Source: Anaerolineae bacterium
GTDB lineage: Bacteria > Chloroflexota > Anaerolineae > B4-G1 > DUEL01
NCBI GenBank assembly: GCA_036172315.1
Contig: JASFBC010000139.1
Coordinates: forward strand, 1,728-65,727
DNA: 64,000 bases
Reading direction: 5' to 3'
How positions within the stretch are numbered: the stretch's first letter is position 1; each line of letters begins with the position of its first letter. The notes beneath the pieces were generated by a model. The model had not been told where the DNA came from. It saw only the letters and a list, made by a program, of their open reading frames with translations, and did no database searches. Shown piece after piece: positions 1 through 10,345 of the stretch. The position numbers and the translations under genes were made by a program.

Positions 1-701
<701 letters not shown>

Positions 702-771
702 AAAAAGCACCCGAATCCAGGAGGATCAGAGCCACTGCTCCCGATTCTCCCATCTTCCTCAGGAGGAGGGT

Positions 772-1329
772 ATGATCCGGGATTTGCTTCGTGAGACCGA
801 AGACCGTATGAAAAAGACCCTGGAGGTCATGGAGGCAGATTTCCGGGCCATCCGTACCGGTCGGGCCAGCCCGGCCCTGGTGGAACGGGTGATGGTGGAT
901 TATTACGGCGTCCCGACCCCTCTCCACCAACTGGCGGTCATCAGCGCACCGGAGCCCCAACTGCTCACCATCCGCCCCTACGACCCCTCCTCGCTGGGAG
1001 ATATAGAGCGGGCCATCCTGAAATCCGATCTGGGCCTGACCCCCTCCAACGATGGCCGCATCATCCGCCTGGTCATCCCCCCTCTAACAGAGCAGCGACG
1101 AGCCGAACTGGCGCGCATGGTCAGCCGGCGGGTGGAGGAGGCCAAAGTAGCCCTGCGCAACATCCGTCGGGAAGCGCTGGATGACTTGCGGGAGTTTGAG
1201 AGGGAAAAGTTGATTTCGGAGGACGAGTTCTATCAGGCCCGCGACGAACTCCAGGAACTGACCGATAAGTATACGGAGCGGGCGGAGGAAATTGGCGAAC
1301 GGAAAACCCGGGAAGTCATGGAAATCTGA
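772..1329 (+). CDS. frr: Ribosome recycling factor
   Basis: 185 aa with typical RRF sequence (IRTGRASPALVERVMVDYYGVPTPL, RLVIPPLTEQRR). AGGAGGAGGG SD before the ATG. Confidence 0.93.
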   Translation: MIRDLLRETEDRMKKTLEVMEADFRAIRTGRASPALVERVMVDYYGVPTPLHQLAVISAPEPQLLTIRPYDPSSLGDIERAILKSDLGLTPSNDGRIIRLVIPPLTEQRRAELARMVSRRVEEAKVALRNIRREALDDLREFEREKLISEDEFYQARDELQELTDKYTERAEEIGERKTREVMEI

Positions 1330-1375
1330 CCGCTTCCTTCTCGGGAACCAAGTAGCGCAAGATTTACGACTCTTT

Positions 1376-1403
1376 TTGCGAAAAGGCAGAATGGTGGTAT
1401 AAT
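1376..1403 (+). promoter_or_regulatory. Candidate sigma-70 promoter for uppS-cdsA (TTGCGA, 16 nt, TATAAT)
   Basis: TTGCGA at 1376-1381 and TATAAT at 1398-1403, about 75 nt upstream of the uppS ATG. Confidence 0.35.
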
Positions 1404-1479
1404 ATTCCTGTACCTGGCCCTTGTTGATTCACCGCCTCACCCGCATCGTCTCAGAGGCGCTATCTCCGATTTTGCCCCA

Positions 1480-2211
1480 ATGACTCAACCGAAAGAGGAA
1501 AAAGTATACCCTCCACTGGAGAAAATCCCCGTCCATGTCGGCATCATCATGGATGGGAATGGCCGATGGGCCCAGGCCAGAGGGCTTCCGCGCCTGGCCG
1601 GTCATCGCGCTGGTACAGAGAATCTCCGCCGCATCCTGCGCGCCGCTGTGGAGTTCGGCGTCCGCATCCTCACCATCTACGCCTTCTCCACCGAAAATTG
1701 GGAACGCCCCCGGGATGAGGTGGAAGGCCTGCTGGACATTATGGAGCGGATGATTGACCAGGAACTCCCCGAACTCCATCGGGAAGGGGTCCAGATTCGC
1801 CATGTCGGGCGGCTGGAGCGGGTGCCCGACCGCCTGGCCGCCAAAATCCGCCAGGCGCTGGACCTGACCCGGGACAACCAGCGGCTCATCCTGAACGTCG
1901 CCTTTAACTACGGCGGACGGGCGGAGATTGTGGACGCCGTCCGCCGCATTATCCAGGACGGTGTCCCTCCTGAGGCGGTGGATGAGGCCCTCATTTCCCG
2001 CTACCTGTATACTGCTGACCTGCCCGATCCCGATCTGATCATCCGAACCAGCGGAGAAATGCGGGTGAGCAATTTTCTGATCTGGCAGGGCGCTTACGCC
2101 GAATACTACGTCACCCCAGTCTACTGGCCGGATTTTGATAAGGACGAATTCTATAAGACCCTGGCCGAGTATGCCCGGCGCGAGCGTCGCTTTGGCCGCA
2201 TCCCTGGATAA
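1480..2211 (+). CDS. uppS: Undecaprenyl-diphosphate synthase (cis-prenyltransferase)
   Basis: [11 protein letters not shown] motif and conserved UPPS C-terminal region ([15 protein letters not shown]). Confidence 0.93.
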   Translation: MTQPKEEKVYPPLEKIPVHVGIIMDGNGRWAQARGLPRLAGHRAGTENLRRILRAAVEFGVRILTIYAFSTENWERPRDEVEGLLDIMERMIDQELPELHREGVQIRHVGRLERVPDRLAAKIRQALDLTRDNQRLILNVAFNYGGRAEIVDAVRRIIQDGVPPEAVDEALISRYLYTADLPDPDLIIRTSGEMRVSNFLIWQGAYAEYYVTPVYWPDFDKDEFYKTLAEYARRERRFGRIPG

Positions 2212-2240
2212 CTCTTCCCGAATCTGAGACTCTCCGATTC

Positions 2241-3062
2241 TTGGATCCTTCCTGGTTCTCCATGCTGCGTGCTCGCTTGCTCACGGCCCTGATCGCCCTT
2301 CCCCTTGTTATCGCTCTGATCAAGGTAGGGGGTATCGGGTTCTTCGCTCTCGTCCTCATCGTGTTCACAATGGCGGTCGTAGAATTCTGCCGCCTGATGG
2401 AAAAGGACCATTTCCGCCCTGCCCTGCCCTGGGCCCTGCTCCTCCTGTGGGTGCTGTTGCTGGACGCCCAGTTTCCCGGATGGGGGCTTTTCAGGCCTGG
2501 CCTCTCTCTGGTCCTGCTGGGCTCTCTGGCCTGGCAACTGGTTCACCGGCAGGGCAAACCGGTGGCCAACTGGTCTTTGACCATCGCGGGGGCCCTCTAC
2601 ATTGGCTGGTGCGGGTGGCACATCCTCCGCCTGCGAAGTATGCCCGATGGCCTCTGGTGGATAATGACGGTCCTGCCTGCCGTCTGGTTTGCCGACAGCG
2701 GTGCTTACTTTGTCGGCCACACGTGGGGCCGCCACAAAATGGCCCCGACTCTGAGCCCGGGCAAGACCTGGGAGGGCTACGTCGGGGGGATCGTGATCGG
2801 CACCCTCTTGACGGCTGGACTGGCGGCCCTCTGGAGCCTGGCCGCCAGCCCCAGCGGCCCCCGGGCCATAGATGGCGCCGGGATCGGCTTGCTGGTGGCG
2901 GCCCTTTCTCCGTTGGGTGACCTGGCAATCTCTATGGTGAAACGCCAGGTAGGTGCCAAAGATACCGGCACCCTGTTCCCCGGCCATGGCGGCGCGCTGG
3001 ACCGGATAGATAGCATTCTCTGGGCAGTTATCCTGGGCTACTATTTCGTCATCTGGCGGTAA
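2241..3062 (+). CDS. cdsA: Phosphatidate cytidylyltransferase
   Basis: Multi-TM protein with the CdsA signature region (SPGKTWEGYVGG..GHGGALDRIDS). Follows uppS. An alternative start at M8 (2262) is possible. Confidence 0.85.
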   Translation: MDPSWFSMLRARLLTALIALPLVIALIKVGGIGFFALVLIVFTMAVVEFCRLMEKDHFRPALPWALLLLWVLLLDAQFPGWGLFRPGLSLVLLGSLAWQLVHRQGKPVANWSLTIAGALYIGWCGWHILRLRSMPDGLWWIMTVLPAVWFADSGAYFVGHTWGRHKMAPTLSPGKTWEGYVGGIVIGTLLTAGLAALWSLAASPSGPRAIDGAGIGLLVAALSPLGDLAISMVKRQVGAKDTGTLFPGHGGALDRIDSILWAVILGYYFVIWR

Positions 3063-3121
3063 ATGGCAACCGGAACGCCTGCTGAAGGGCAAACTCATCA
3101 TCCCCATTCTGGAGGTTTCCC

Positions 3122-3526
3122 ATGACTCAACATCTGGTCCGAGAGATCTACCACAAAGGCGTCATCTTCTGCAACCCTGATACCCCCCTCCAGGAGGTCG
3201 TGCGGGTAATGGCCGATACCGACATTCACGCCATTATTGTGGCCGAAAGAGAGGGAGCAAAGCCGTTGGGGGTCATCTCTCACACCGATGCCATCGCTCA
3301 TTACGGGGAGGACTTGAGCCAGATTCGCGCCGGCGACGTGATGACCCGGGGGGTTATTACCATCTCAAAAGAGGCGCCGGTGGCCGAAGCGGTAAAGAAA
3401 ATGCTGGAAAGCCGGATCCACCGCCTCCTGGTTGTGGACGAGGACGGCACCCCTCTGGGTATTCTATCCACTACCGACATCATCCGCGATATGCGCGGCT
3501 CCAAATGGGTCTGGTATATGGGGTGA
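3122..3526 (+). CDS. CBS domain pair protein
   Basis: Two CBS motifs (HAIIVAERE..GVISHTD and HRLLVVDEDGTPLGILSTTDI). Confidence 0.8.
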   Translation: MTQHLVREIYHKGVIFCNPDTPLQEVVRVMADTDIHAIIVAEREGAKPLGVISHTDAIAHYGEDLSQIRAGDVMTRGVITISKEAPVAEAVKKMLESRIHRLLVVDEDGTPLGILSTTDIIRDMRGSKWVWYMG

Positions 3527-3529
3527 GCC

Positions 3530-4546
3530 ATGCCGGAGGAAATCATCACCATAGAACGGCACATCCTGGAGCAGGAGCGGGCCTATCCGGAGGCCACCGG
3601 CGTCTTCACCAGCCTCCTTTATGACATCGCGCTGGCGGCCAAAATCATCGCCCGCGAAACTTCCCGCGCCGGCCTGGTCCAGATTCTTGGTCTGGCGGGC
3701 AAGATCAACGTCCAGGGCGAAGCCCAGATGAAACTGGACGTTTTCGCCAACCAGACCATCATCCGTATGAACTCCTATACGGGCCGGTTGGCCGTGATGG
3801 CCTCCGAAGAGGAGCCGGACATTATCCCCATCCCCGAGGGCTATCCCACGGGCCGCTACGTTCTGGTCTTTGACCCCCTGGATGGCTCATCCAACATTGA
3901 CGTGAACGCCAGTATCGGCACGATTTTTGGCATTTACCGTCGCCGCACTCCCGCCGGGCCGGGAACGGTGGAGGATTGCCTTCAGCCGGGCCGAGACCTG
4001 GCGGCAGCCGGCTACATCATCTATGGCTCCAGCACGATGATGGTCTACACGACCGGCAATGGGGTGCATGGTTTCACCCTGGACCCAGGGGTGGGGGAAT
4101 TCCTGCTCTCCCACCCGAATATCCGCGTCCCGGCGGAGCCCAAATACTACAGCGTCAATCAGGGCAATGAGAAATACTGGAGCGAGGGTGTACGGCGGTT
4201 TACCCGCTGGCTCCAGGGGATGGACGAGGAGTCCCCTCGCCGGCCGCTCTCTGGACGCTACATCGGCTCCCTGGTTGCCGACTTTCACCGCAACTTACTG
4301 GAAGGCGGAATTTTCTACTACCCGCTGGATTATAAAGACCCCGGGAAACCCAAAGGGAAACTGCGTCTCCTTTATGAGGCCGCCCCGCTGGCCTGCATTG
4401 CCGAACACGCCGGAGGGTACGCTTCGGATGGGCAACGCCCCATCCTGGACATCGTCCCTCAAACCCTTCATCAAAGGACGGCGCTCTTTATCGGCAACCG
4501 GGAACTGGTGGAGATGGCGGAACGTTTTATCGCTCGCTATGGATGA
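3530..4546 (+). CDS. fbp: Fructose-1,6-bisphosphatase class I
   Basis: FBPase class I metal-binding region ([26 protein letters not shown]). 338 aa. Confidence 0.9.
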   Translation: MPEEIITIERHILEQERAYPEATGVFTSLLYDIALAAKIIARETSRAGLVQILGLAGKINVQGEAQMKLDVFANQTIIRMNSYTGRLAVMASEEEPDIIPIPEGYPTGRYVLVFDPLDGSSNIDVNASIGTIFGIYRRRTPAGPGTVEDCLQPGRDLAAAGYIIYGSSTMMVYTTGNGVHGFTLDPGVGEFLLSHPNIRVPAEPKYYSVNQGNEKYWSEGVRRFTRWLQGMDEESPRRPLSGRYIGSLVADFHRNLLEGGIFYYPLDYKDPGKPKGKLRLLYEAAPLACIAEHAGGYASDGQRPILDIVPQTLHQRTALFIGNRELVEMAERFIARYG

Positions 4547-4549
4547 CTT

Positions 4550-4703
4550 TATGGACGACGGACGACGGACGATGGACAACGGACAACGGACCACCGTCGT
4601 CTGTGGTCTATGGTCTGGTGGTCTATGCTGTGGTCTGTGGTAGGAAGGCCGATTTTCCCATCGGCGCAAAAAGGGTGATCCCCATCAGGCGAATATAGTT
4701 ACC
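4550..4703 (+). repeat. Dispersed intergenic repeat element, copy A. A GGACGAC/GTCTGTGGTC repeat hairpin is followed by the conserved motif GGAGGCCGATTTYCCCATCGGCGC..AGGGTGAYCYCCATCRGGC..GTTAC
   Basis: The first half (GGACGAC-rich) and second half (GTCTGTGGTC-rich) are mutually complementary. The 3' ~60 nt are ~80% identical to copies at 9693-9806 and (reverse orientation) 56145-56300. Confidence 0.7.
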
Positions 4704-4720
4704 AGGAGGGTAAAGGCTAA

Positions 4721-6097
4721 ATGGAAGAAATTGTCCCGATAACAGAAGAAGAAACTCGTCTCTCCCGACCGGATGAAGCCCCGCGCGAGATTGTTCCGGG
4801 CGTGCCGGCCGACATCCTGGAGATGGGGGTGTTGGAGGAGTGGACGCTTGCGGACCTGCGGGAGTTAGCCCGAAAGATGGGGGTCTCCGGCTACAGCCGG
4901 CTGAAGAAAGAGGACCTGATCCTGCGCATCCTCCAGGCGAAAGCGGAGCGGGAAGGGCTGACTTTCCGGGGAGGCGTGCTGGAGATTCTGCCCGAGGAGG
5001 GGGTGGGCTTCCTGCGGGGGCCCAATTATCTCCCCGGTCCAGAAGATGTCTACGTCTCTCCGTCCCAGATTCGGCGCTTCGGCCTGCGCAACGGTGATCT
5101 GGTCATCGGCCAGGTCCGGCCGCCCAAGGAGACGGAGCGGTGGTATAGCCTGCTGCGGGTGGAGACGGTCAACGGGATGGACCCGGAACAGGCCAAATTG
5201 CGCCCCCGCTTTGAGAAACTGACCCCCATCTTCCCGACCCACCGGCTCATCATTGAGACGGACCGGCACAACCTGACCACCCGGTTACTCAGCCTCATCG
5301 CGCCCATCGGTAAAGGGCAGCGGGGCCTCATCGTCTCGCCGCCAAAAGCCGGGAAGACGACCGTCCTCAAACACATCGCCAACGGCATCACTGCCAACCA
5401 TCCGGAGGCCCATCTGATGGTTGTCCTCATCGGAGAGCGGCCGGAGGAGGTGACCGATATGGACCGGTCGGTGGAGGCGGAGGTCATCAGTTCCACCTTT
5501 GATGAACCGGTCCAGAATCACACCAAAGTGGCCGAGATGGCATTGGAGCGGGCCAAACGGCTGGTGGAGTGCAAAAAGGATGTGGTCATCCTGCTGGATA
5601 GCATCACCCGGCTGGCACGGGCGTACAACCTGGTCGTCCAGCCCAGCGGACGCACTCTCTCCGGTGGCCTGGACCCGGCCGCCCTCTACCCGCCCAAGAG
5701 TTTCTTCGGCGCGGCCCGCAACCTGGAAGAGGGCGGCAGCCTCACCATCATCGCCACCTGTCTGGTGGACACCGGCAGCCGGATGGACGATATGATTTAT
5801 GAGGAGTTCAAGGGGACCGGAAATATGGAACTCCACCTCAGCCGGCGGCTGCAGGAACGGCGCATCTTCCCCGCCTTTGACATTGAGCGGTCGGGCACCC
5901 GCCGGGAGGAGTTGCTCCTGGATCCGGATACGCTGCAGAAGGTCTGGCTGATGCGCAAGATGATCGCCCAGATGGTAGCCCCGCCGCCGGCCGGCGCCGG
6001 GTACGACCTGACGACGGTCACCGAGTCGGTGCTGCAGCACCTGGCCCGCACGCGCAACAATCGGGAATTCCTGGATACGCTGAAAGAAGCCATGTAG
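4721..6097 (+). CDS. rho: Transcription termination factor Rho (with ~40-aa N-terminal extension)
   Basis: Rho N-terminal and OB-fold regions, Walker [17 protein letters not shown], and the C-terminal RecA-like domain. 458 aa. Confidence 0.93.
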   Translation: MEEIVPITEEETRLSRPDEAPREIVPGVPADILEMGVLEEWTLADLRELARKMGVSGYSRLKKEDLILRILQAKAEREGLTFRGGVLEILPEEGVGFLRGPNYLPGPEDVYVSPSQIRRFGLRNGDLVIGQVRPPKETERWYSLLRVETVNGMDPEQAKLRPRFEKLTPIFPTHRLIIETDRHNLTTRLLSLIAPIGKGQRGLIVSPPKAGKTTVLKHIANGITANHPEAHLMVVLIGERPEEVTDMDRSVEAEVISSTFDEPVQNHTKVAEMALERAKRLVECKKDVVILLDSITRLARAYNLVVQPSGRTLSGGLDPAALYPPKSFFGAARNLEEGGSLTIIATCLVDTGSRMDDMIYEEFKGTGNMELHLSRRLQERRIFPAFDIERSGTRREELLLDPDTLQKVWLMRKMIAQMVAPPPAGAGYDLTTVTESVLQHLARTRNNREFLDTLKEAM

Positions 6098-6112
6098 CGC
6101 TGTAGCACAAGA

Positions 6113-6877
6113 TTAATCTTGGGCTACGGTTTCCAGCCACTCCTGCACCGCGCTTGCCACCCGGTCTGGCTTCTCCAGCATCACCATGTGACCGGCTCCC
6201 TCTACCGGGATCCAGCGCGCGCCGGGAATGCGTTCCGCCAGCCACTGCCCAAACTTCGGCGGCGTCATCCGGTCTTCTGAGCCGGTGATCACCAGCGTCG
6301 GCGCGGTGATCTCCCCCACTCGCTCCCGGACATCAAAGCGGTCGCATGCGGCGAAATCCCCCCACACGACCTGAGGGTTTACGCGCGCCATCATCCGGCG
6401 GCCCCGGGCGACCATTGCCGGGTCGGCTTCCGGGCCCCAGGCCCATTCGGTGATGAGGGCCACCGTTCCCCGCGCGTCCTGCAGAATCCCCTCCAGGATG
6501 ACAGGCGCCACCCGTAAGCGCGCGCCAGTGCCCACCAGCACCAATCCGGCAACCCGCGCGGGAGCCAGCAGGGCCGCCATCTGGGCAATAGCGCCTCCCA
6601 TGGAATGCCCCACCAGCACTCCGCGCGCGACCCCTGTGGCATCCATAAAGCGGATGACGTCGGTGGCGTAGTCCTCTATCCGCTCCCGGCCCGGTCCCTC
6701 CGACCGCCCGTGTCCGGGCAGGTCTATGGCGTAGACGGTGGCACCGGGCATGCGGCGCAGTGCGGCCGGCCAGTGGAGGTGATTCCCGCCCGCCCCGTGG
6801 ATCAGGATCAGGGCAGGCCCTCCTCGCCCGCTAACGGTGTAGAAAAGGTGCTGTTCTCCTATCTGAGCAAAAGGCAT
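6113..6877 (-). CDS. Alpha/beta-fold hydrolase
   Basis: HGAGGN..GHSMGG nucleophile-elbow motif. The start is chosen at MPFAQIGEQ (GGAGGA SD 5 nt upstream); the ORF track extends to 6985. Confidence 0.75.
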   Translation of the reverse strand: MPFAQIGEQHLFYTVSGRGGPALILIHGAGGNHLHWPAALRRMPGATVYAIDLPGHGRSEGPGRERIEDYATDVIRFMDATGVARGVLVGHSMGGAIAQMAALLAPARVAGLVLVGTGARLRVAPVILEGILQDARGTVALITEWAWGPEADPAMVARGRRMMARVNPQVVWGDFAACDRFDVRERVGEITAPTLVITGSEDRMTPPKFGQWLAERIPGARWIPVEGAGHMVMLEKPDRVASAVQEWLETVAQD

Positions 6878-6921
6878 GGGCTCCTCCAGCGTGCCAGGCA
6901 TTCCCCCGAGGTGCTGGCACG

Positions 6922-7512
6922 TCACCCTGATTTTTGGACCCCCGCCCGAAAGGCGGCCAGGTTGCGCTCCGGCTCCCGGGGCCACCGGTGCCGGATGGCT
7001 TCCTCCACGGCCGAAGCGGGGAGAATATTCCCCAGGCGAGTATGGCCAACCGCCGCCCCCAGTACGAACATGTTGGCTGGCAGACCGGCAGGGGATGAAT
7101 CCGGGGGGAGGTAGATGGGGTGCCCCTCCGCCGCGCGCACCTGCTCCAGCACCGTCTCCGGCGCCGGATACGCCGCCTTGCCCAGCAGGACGGCCGTTGG
7201 GAGCCAGCGCTCCCCGAAGAGGAGAAACTCCCCACCGGGCCGCAGGACGCGCACCGCCCGCAATGCCTCCGAGACCTCCATGGCGATGACCAGGTCGGCT
7301 CCCCGGGGTGGGATATTAGGGCCCGCCGTTGACCGTCCCAGCCGCAACTGAGCCTTGACCAGCCCGCCCCTTTGGGCCATCCCCTTGTAGGGATAGAAGC
7401 AGACCGGGAGGCCAAGGGCCACAGCCGCATCCGCCATCACCTCCCCGATAGTCAGGAGACCCTGACCGCCGACGCCGATGAGGAAAATGTCCAGAGTGTT
7501 ATCCGTTCCCAT
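6922..7512 (-). CDS. iorB: Indolepyruvate:ferredoxin oxidoreductase beta subunit (2-oxoacid:Fd oxidoreductase gamma-type)
   Basis: Starts MGTDNTLDIFLIGVGGQGLLT (POR gamma-type domain). Overlaps the iorA stop by 14 nt. The longer ORF-track N-terminus is alternate-frame read-through. Confidence 0.8.
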   Translation of the reverse strand: MGTDNTLDIFLIGVGGQGLLTIGEVMADAAVALGLPVCFYPYKGMAQRGGLVKAQLRLGRSTAGPNIPPRGADLVIAMEVSEALRAVRVLRPGGEFLLFGERWLPTAVLLGKAAYPAPETVLEQVRAAEGHPIYLPPDSSPAGLPANMFVLGAAVGHTRLGNILPASAVEEAIRHRWPREPERNLAAFRAGVQKSG

Positions 7513-9385
7513 TTTTCTCCACCGGAGTGTGGACCAGGGCATCCCGGTTGCACACCTGGGCGCAGAGGCCGCAGCCGTAACAGAGCGCGGGGTCAATCAC
7601 CACTGCCTCCGTTCCCAGGTCAATGGCTGGACAGCCCGTGAGCATAATGCACAACTTGCAGAGATTGCAGTTCTCCGGCACGACGCGCACCGCGCCGGCC
7701 CGGCGTCCCCGACGCTGCGCCTGAATAGCGCACTCCTGTCGGGATAGGACGACTTTGACCCCGGGCAGCGTCAGCGCTTGCTGGATGGCCGCCGTCGTCT
7801 CATCCAGGTTAAAGGGGTCCACGATAAAGAAGTGTTCCACTCCCAGTGCGGGCACCAGTCGCGCGATGTCCACCCTGCGGCCTCCCGGGGGCTGAAAGTC
7901 CTCGGCGGTGCCGGGATTGACCTGCATGCCCGTCATCGCCGTCCAGCCGTTGTCCATAATAATTACCGTCAGGGGGACGGCGTGCTGGACGGCGTTGATG
8001 AGGGCGGGGATTCCCGCGTGGAAGAAGGTGGAATCGCCGATGGTGGCGATAACCGGGGTTTTGACCCCGGCGTGGACGTAGCCCTGGGCCAGGCCGATAC
8101 TGGCCCCCATCGCGACCTCGTTCCAGACCGTGTCAAAGGGCGGGTTCATCCCCAGGATGGTACAGCCGATGTCGCCGGTTACCATCACCTGGTCCCGCCG
8201 GTATCCAGCCCGCCGGATGGCCCGATTGATGGCCAGGAAAGTCCCCCGATGGGGACAGCCCGGGCAGACAGTGATAGGGCGAGGGGCCGCCAGTCGCTCC
8301 GCCTCTGTTCCGGCCACGAAGAGGTTCAGGGGGATAGAGAGACCCCGTGCGACCGCAATCCCCCGGACCACGTGGCGCACGTCGTACTCACCGACCCGTT
8401 CCAGGGTCCCGTCCAGTTTGCCCACGATGCGGCCGGTGAAGCCGAGCCGGTGCGCTTCTACATAGACCCCCCGCTCCAGATGGGGCTCCAGTTCCTCCAG
8501 GACGACCATTGTATCTACGTGTTGTAGCAGGGTCCGGACCTCGTCGGAGGGGAAGGGGTGCGGGGCCCGAACGCGCAGGACGGAAACTGTCCGGGGGTCC
8601 AGGCCCAGACGGGTTGCTATCTCTAACCCCTCCTCCAGGTATGCGTTGACCACTCCGCTGGCGATGATTCCCAGTCCCCTCCCGGTCGTCGCGATCTGAA
8701 GAGAGTTCAGGCCCGCCTCTCGGATCCATCGTCCCGCTTTTTCCAGGCGGGCGATCAGGTCCTGGTGCTGCTGCATACAAATGGCCGCGCCCGCTTTGGT
8801 GAAGCGCGCGATGTCCCGGAGCAATTGGGGCTCCCGTTCAGGGAGGGGGGCGGGCTCACCCACCTCCACCGGCGCGGAGGCGTGAGCGATCGCGGTGACC
8901 AGTCGGACCAGGACCGGCGTCCCCACCGCTTCGGAGAGGTCAAAGGCCAGGCGGGTGAACTGGTATGCCTCCGCTACGGAGGAGGGGTCCAGGAGAGGAA
9001 GGTCGGCCAGAAGGGCAAAGCCCCGCGAGTCCTGCTCACACATCCCGGCGCTCACGCCGGGATCATCGGCCACATAGATGACCAGCCCGCCCACAACGCC
9101 GGAATAGGCGACCGAATAGAGGGAATCGGAGGCCACATTCAGGCCCGACATTTTCATTGTACAGAGGGCCCGCTGGCCCGCCCAGGCGGCCCCGGCGGCA
9201 ATCTCCAGGGCCACCTTCTCGTTGGTGCTCCATTCCACATAGACATCCGGCGGCTGGTTTGCCAGCAGACTCTCTATGGCCCCGGTGGAGGGGGTGCCTG
9301 GATAGCCGGTGATGACGCGGGCGCCTGCATGCAGCGCGCCCAGGGCCAGGGCTTCGTTGCCAGTTAGAAGTTTCTTTGAAGACAT
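7499..9385 (-). CDS. iorA: Indolepyruvate:ferredoxin oxidoreductase alpha subunit (TPP-binding, C-terminal 2x[4Fe-4S])
   Basis: N-terminus GNEALALGALHAGARVITGYPGTPS, a TPP domain, and C-terminal CNLCKLC..CPAID / CYGCGLCAQVC motifs. Start chosen at MSSKKLL. Confidence 0.85.
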   Translation of the reverse strand: MSSKKLLTGNEALALGALHAGARVITGYPGTPSTGAIESLLANQPPDVYVEWSTNEKVALEIAAGAAWAGQRALCTMKMSGLNVASDSLYSVAYSGVVGGLVIYVADDPGVSAGMCEQDSRGFALLADLPLLDPSSVAEAYQFTRLAFDLSEAVGTPVLVRLVTAIAHASAPVEVGEPAPLPEREPQLLRDIARFTKAGAAICMQQHQDLIARLEKAGRWIREAGLNSLQIATTGRGLGIIASGVVNAYLEEGLEIATRLGLDPRTVSVLRVRAPHPFPSDEVRTLLQHVDTMVVLEELEPHLERGVYVEAHRLGFTGRIVGKLDGTLERVGEYDVRHVVRGIAVARGLSIPLNLFVAGTEAERLAAPRPITVCPGCPHRGTFLAINRAIRRAGYRRDQVMVTGDIGCTILGMNPPFDTVWNEVAMGASIGLAQGYVHAGVKTPVIATIGDSTFFHAGIPALINAVQHAVPLTVIIMDNGWTAMTGMQVNPGTAEDFQPPGGRRVDIARLVPALGVEHFFIVDPFNLDETTAAIQQALTLPGVKVVLSRQECAIQAQRRGRRAGAVRVVPENCNLCKLCIMLTGCPAIDLGTEAVVIDPALCYGCGLCAQVCNRDALVHTPVEKNGNG

Positions 9386-9692
9386 TGCTCTCTCAGGGCA
9401 CTCCGTGTCGGAAATGGCGGGGCGCACAGGCCTGGCAGCCTGCGCTCCAGTTGTGCTCTTTGGGGCAAGTGGTTGCGATTATCTTTGAAAATCTTCATCA
9501 CACGCCCATTATAGCCAGGGTTGCGCCCCTGTCAACAGAGCAAAAGGAGGGCGGTCTCATCTCGTTCAGACCAGGGCCTTGCCTGGCCCGGTATATGTCG
9601 GATCGTTCATAAGCCCTGGGGTAACTATTCAGCGCTGATTGAAAGTAGCCTCTCCGGGCCTTTGGCCGGAGGACGGCCTGCGCCGTTCCGTT

Positions 9693-9806
9693 CAAGACGG
9701 ACGACAGACGACGGACCACCGACCGCTGCCATCTGTGGTCTGCGGGAGGGAGGCCGATTTCCCATCGGCGCCAAGAGGGTGACCTCCATCGGGCTGAATC
9801 GTTACG
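9693..9806 (+). repeat. Dispersed intergenic repeat element, copy B (shorter version of copy A)
   Basis: Carries gacggacgacagacgacggaccacc...ctgtggtctg, then GGGAGGCCGATTTCCCATCGGCGCCAAGAGGGTGACCTCCATCGGGCTGAATCGTTAC, ~90 nt upstream of mscL. Confidence 0.7.
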
Positions 9807-9895
9807 CCTCGGGTTCTATCCACAGCACTTGGCGCAAATCGCGGTTTTGTGTTATCATAACTGGTGCATTTCAGCCGCTGATGAGGAGGCCAACG

Positions 9896-10345
9896 ATGCT
9901 GAAGGAGTTCAAAGAGTTCGCCCTGCGGGGAAACGTCTTGGATATGGCCATTGGCATTATTATTGGCGCCGCCTTCGGCAGCGTCGTCTCATCTCTGGTT
10001 AAAGATATTCTGATGCCGCCTCTTGGCTTCCTTTTGAGCAACGTAGACTTCTCCAATCTCTTTATCAGTCTGAAGGGCCATTATGCTACTCTGGCGGAGG
10101 CCCAGGCGGCGGGCGCGCCGACCATCAACTACGGCATCTTCATCAATACGGCATTGAACTTTATTGTCGTGGTAGCAGCGCTCTTTTTCTTCATTGTCCG
10201 TCCGGTGAATCGCTGGCGGCGGACCCGAGAGGTCCCTCCCGCCGCGCCGACAACGAAGGAGTGTCCGTATTGCTTCTCCACCATCCCGCTGAAGGCCACC
10301 CGCTGCCCGTATTGTACATCCCATCTGGAGGGGAAAACCGGTTAA
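9896..10345 (+). CDS. mscL: Large-conductance mechanosensitive channel MscL with a C-terminal CxxC..CxxC zinc-ribbon-like tail
   Basis: MLKEFKEFALRGNVLDMAIGIIIGAAFG is the canonical MscL N-terminus. An AGGAGG SD precedes the ATG. The C-terminus is KECPYCFSTIPLKATRCPYCTSH. Confidence 0.88.
   Translation: MLKEFKEFALRGNVLDMAIGIIIGAAFGSVVSSLVKDILMPPLGFLLSNVDFSNLFISLKGHYATLAEAQAAGAPTINYGIFINTALNFIVVVAALFFFIVRPVNRWRRTREVPPAAPTTKECPYCFSTIPLKATRCPYCTSHLEGKTG

Noticed and set aside
2151-3107. Long antisense ORFs overlapping well-supported genes (e.g. 2151-3107 minus, 9989-11335 minus, 12922-14220 minus, 14404-16290 minus, 43629-45059 plus, 58926-60287 plus, 46011-47714 plus)
   Set aside because: Their products are Arg/Pro/Gly/Ala-rich low-complexity sequences typical of alternate frames in ~67% GC DNA. 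Each overlaps a gene with clear family motifs on the other strand, and they lack RBS or start context.
4633-4703. Riboswitch interpretation of the conserved hairpin core (GGAGGCCGATTTYCCCATCGGCGC...) of the dispersed repeat element
   Set aside because: The core does not match any riboswitch consensus I can recall (fluoride, preQ1, ZTP, guanidine). It precedes functionally unrelated genes (rho, mscL, yceD-sigA). It always travels with the variable repeat block, so it fits a mobile or REP-like element better than a ligand-sensing leader.
6922-7596. N-terminal extensions of several ORF-track ORFs (iorB, tilS, DJ-1, GT2 at 15172, sugar transferase at 16226, wtpB, HD gene, bactofilin, epimerase, oppB, SBP, GT2 at 61652, GT4)
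   Set aside because: In each case the family-conserved N-terminus begins at an internal ATG/GTG with a good SD. The upstream part either overlaps the preceding gene or is non-conserved GC-rich read-through, so the shorter start was adopted.
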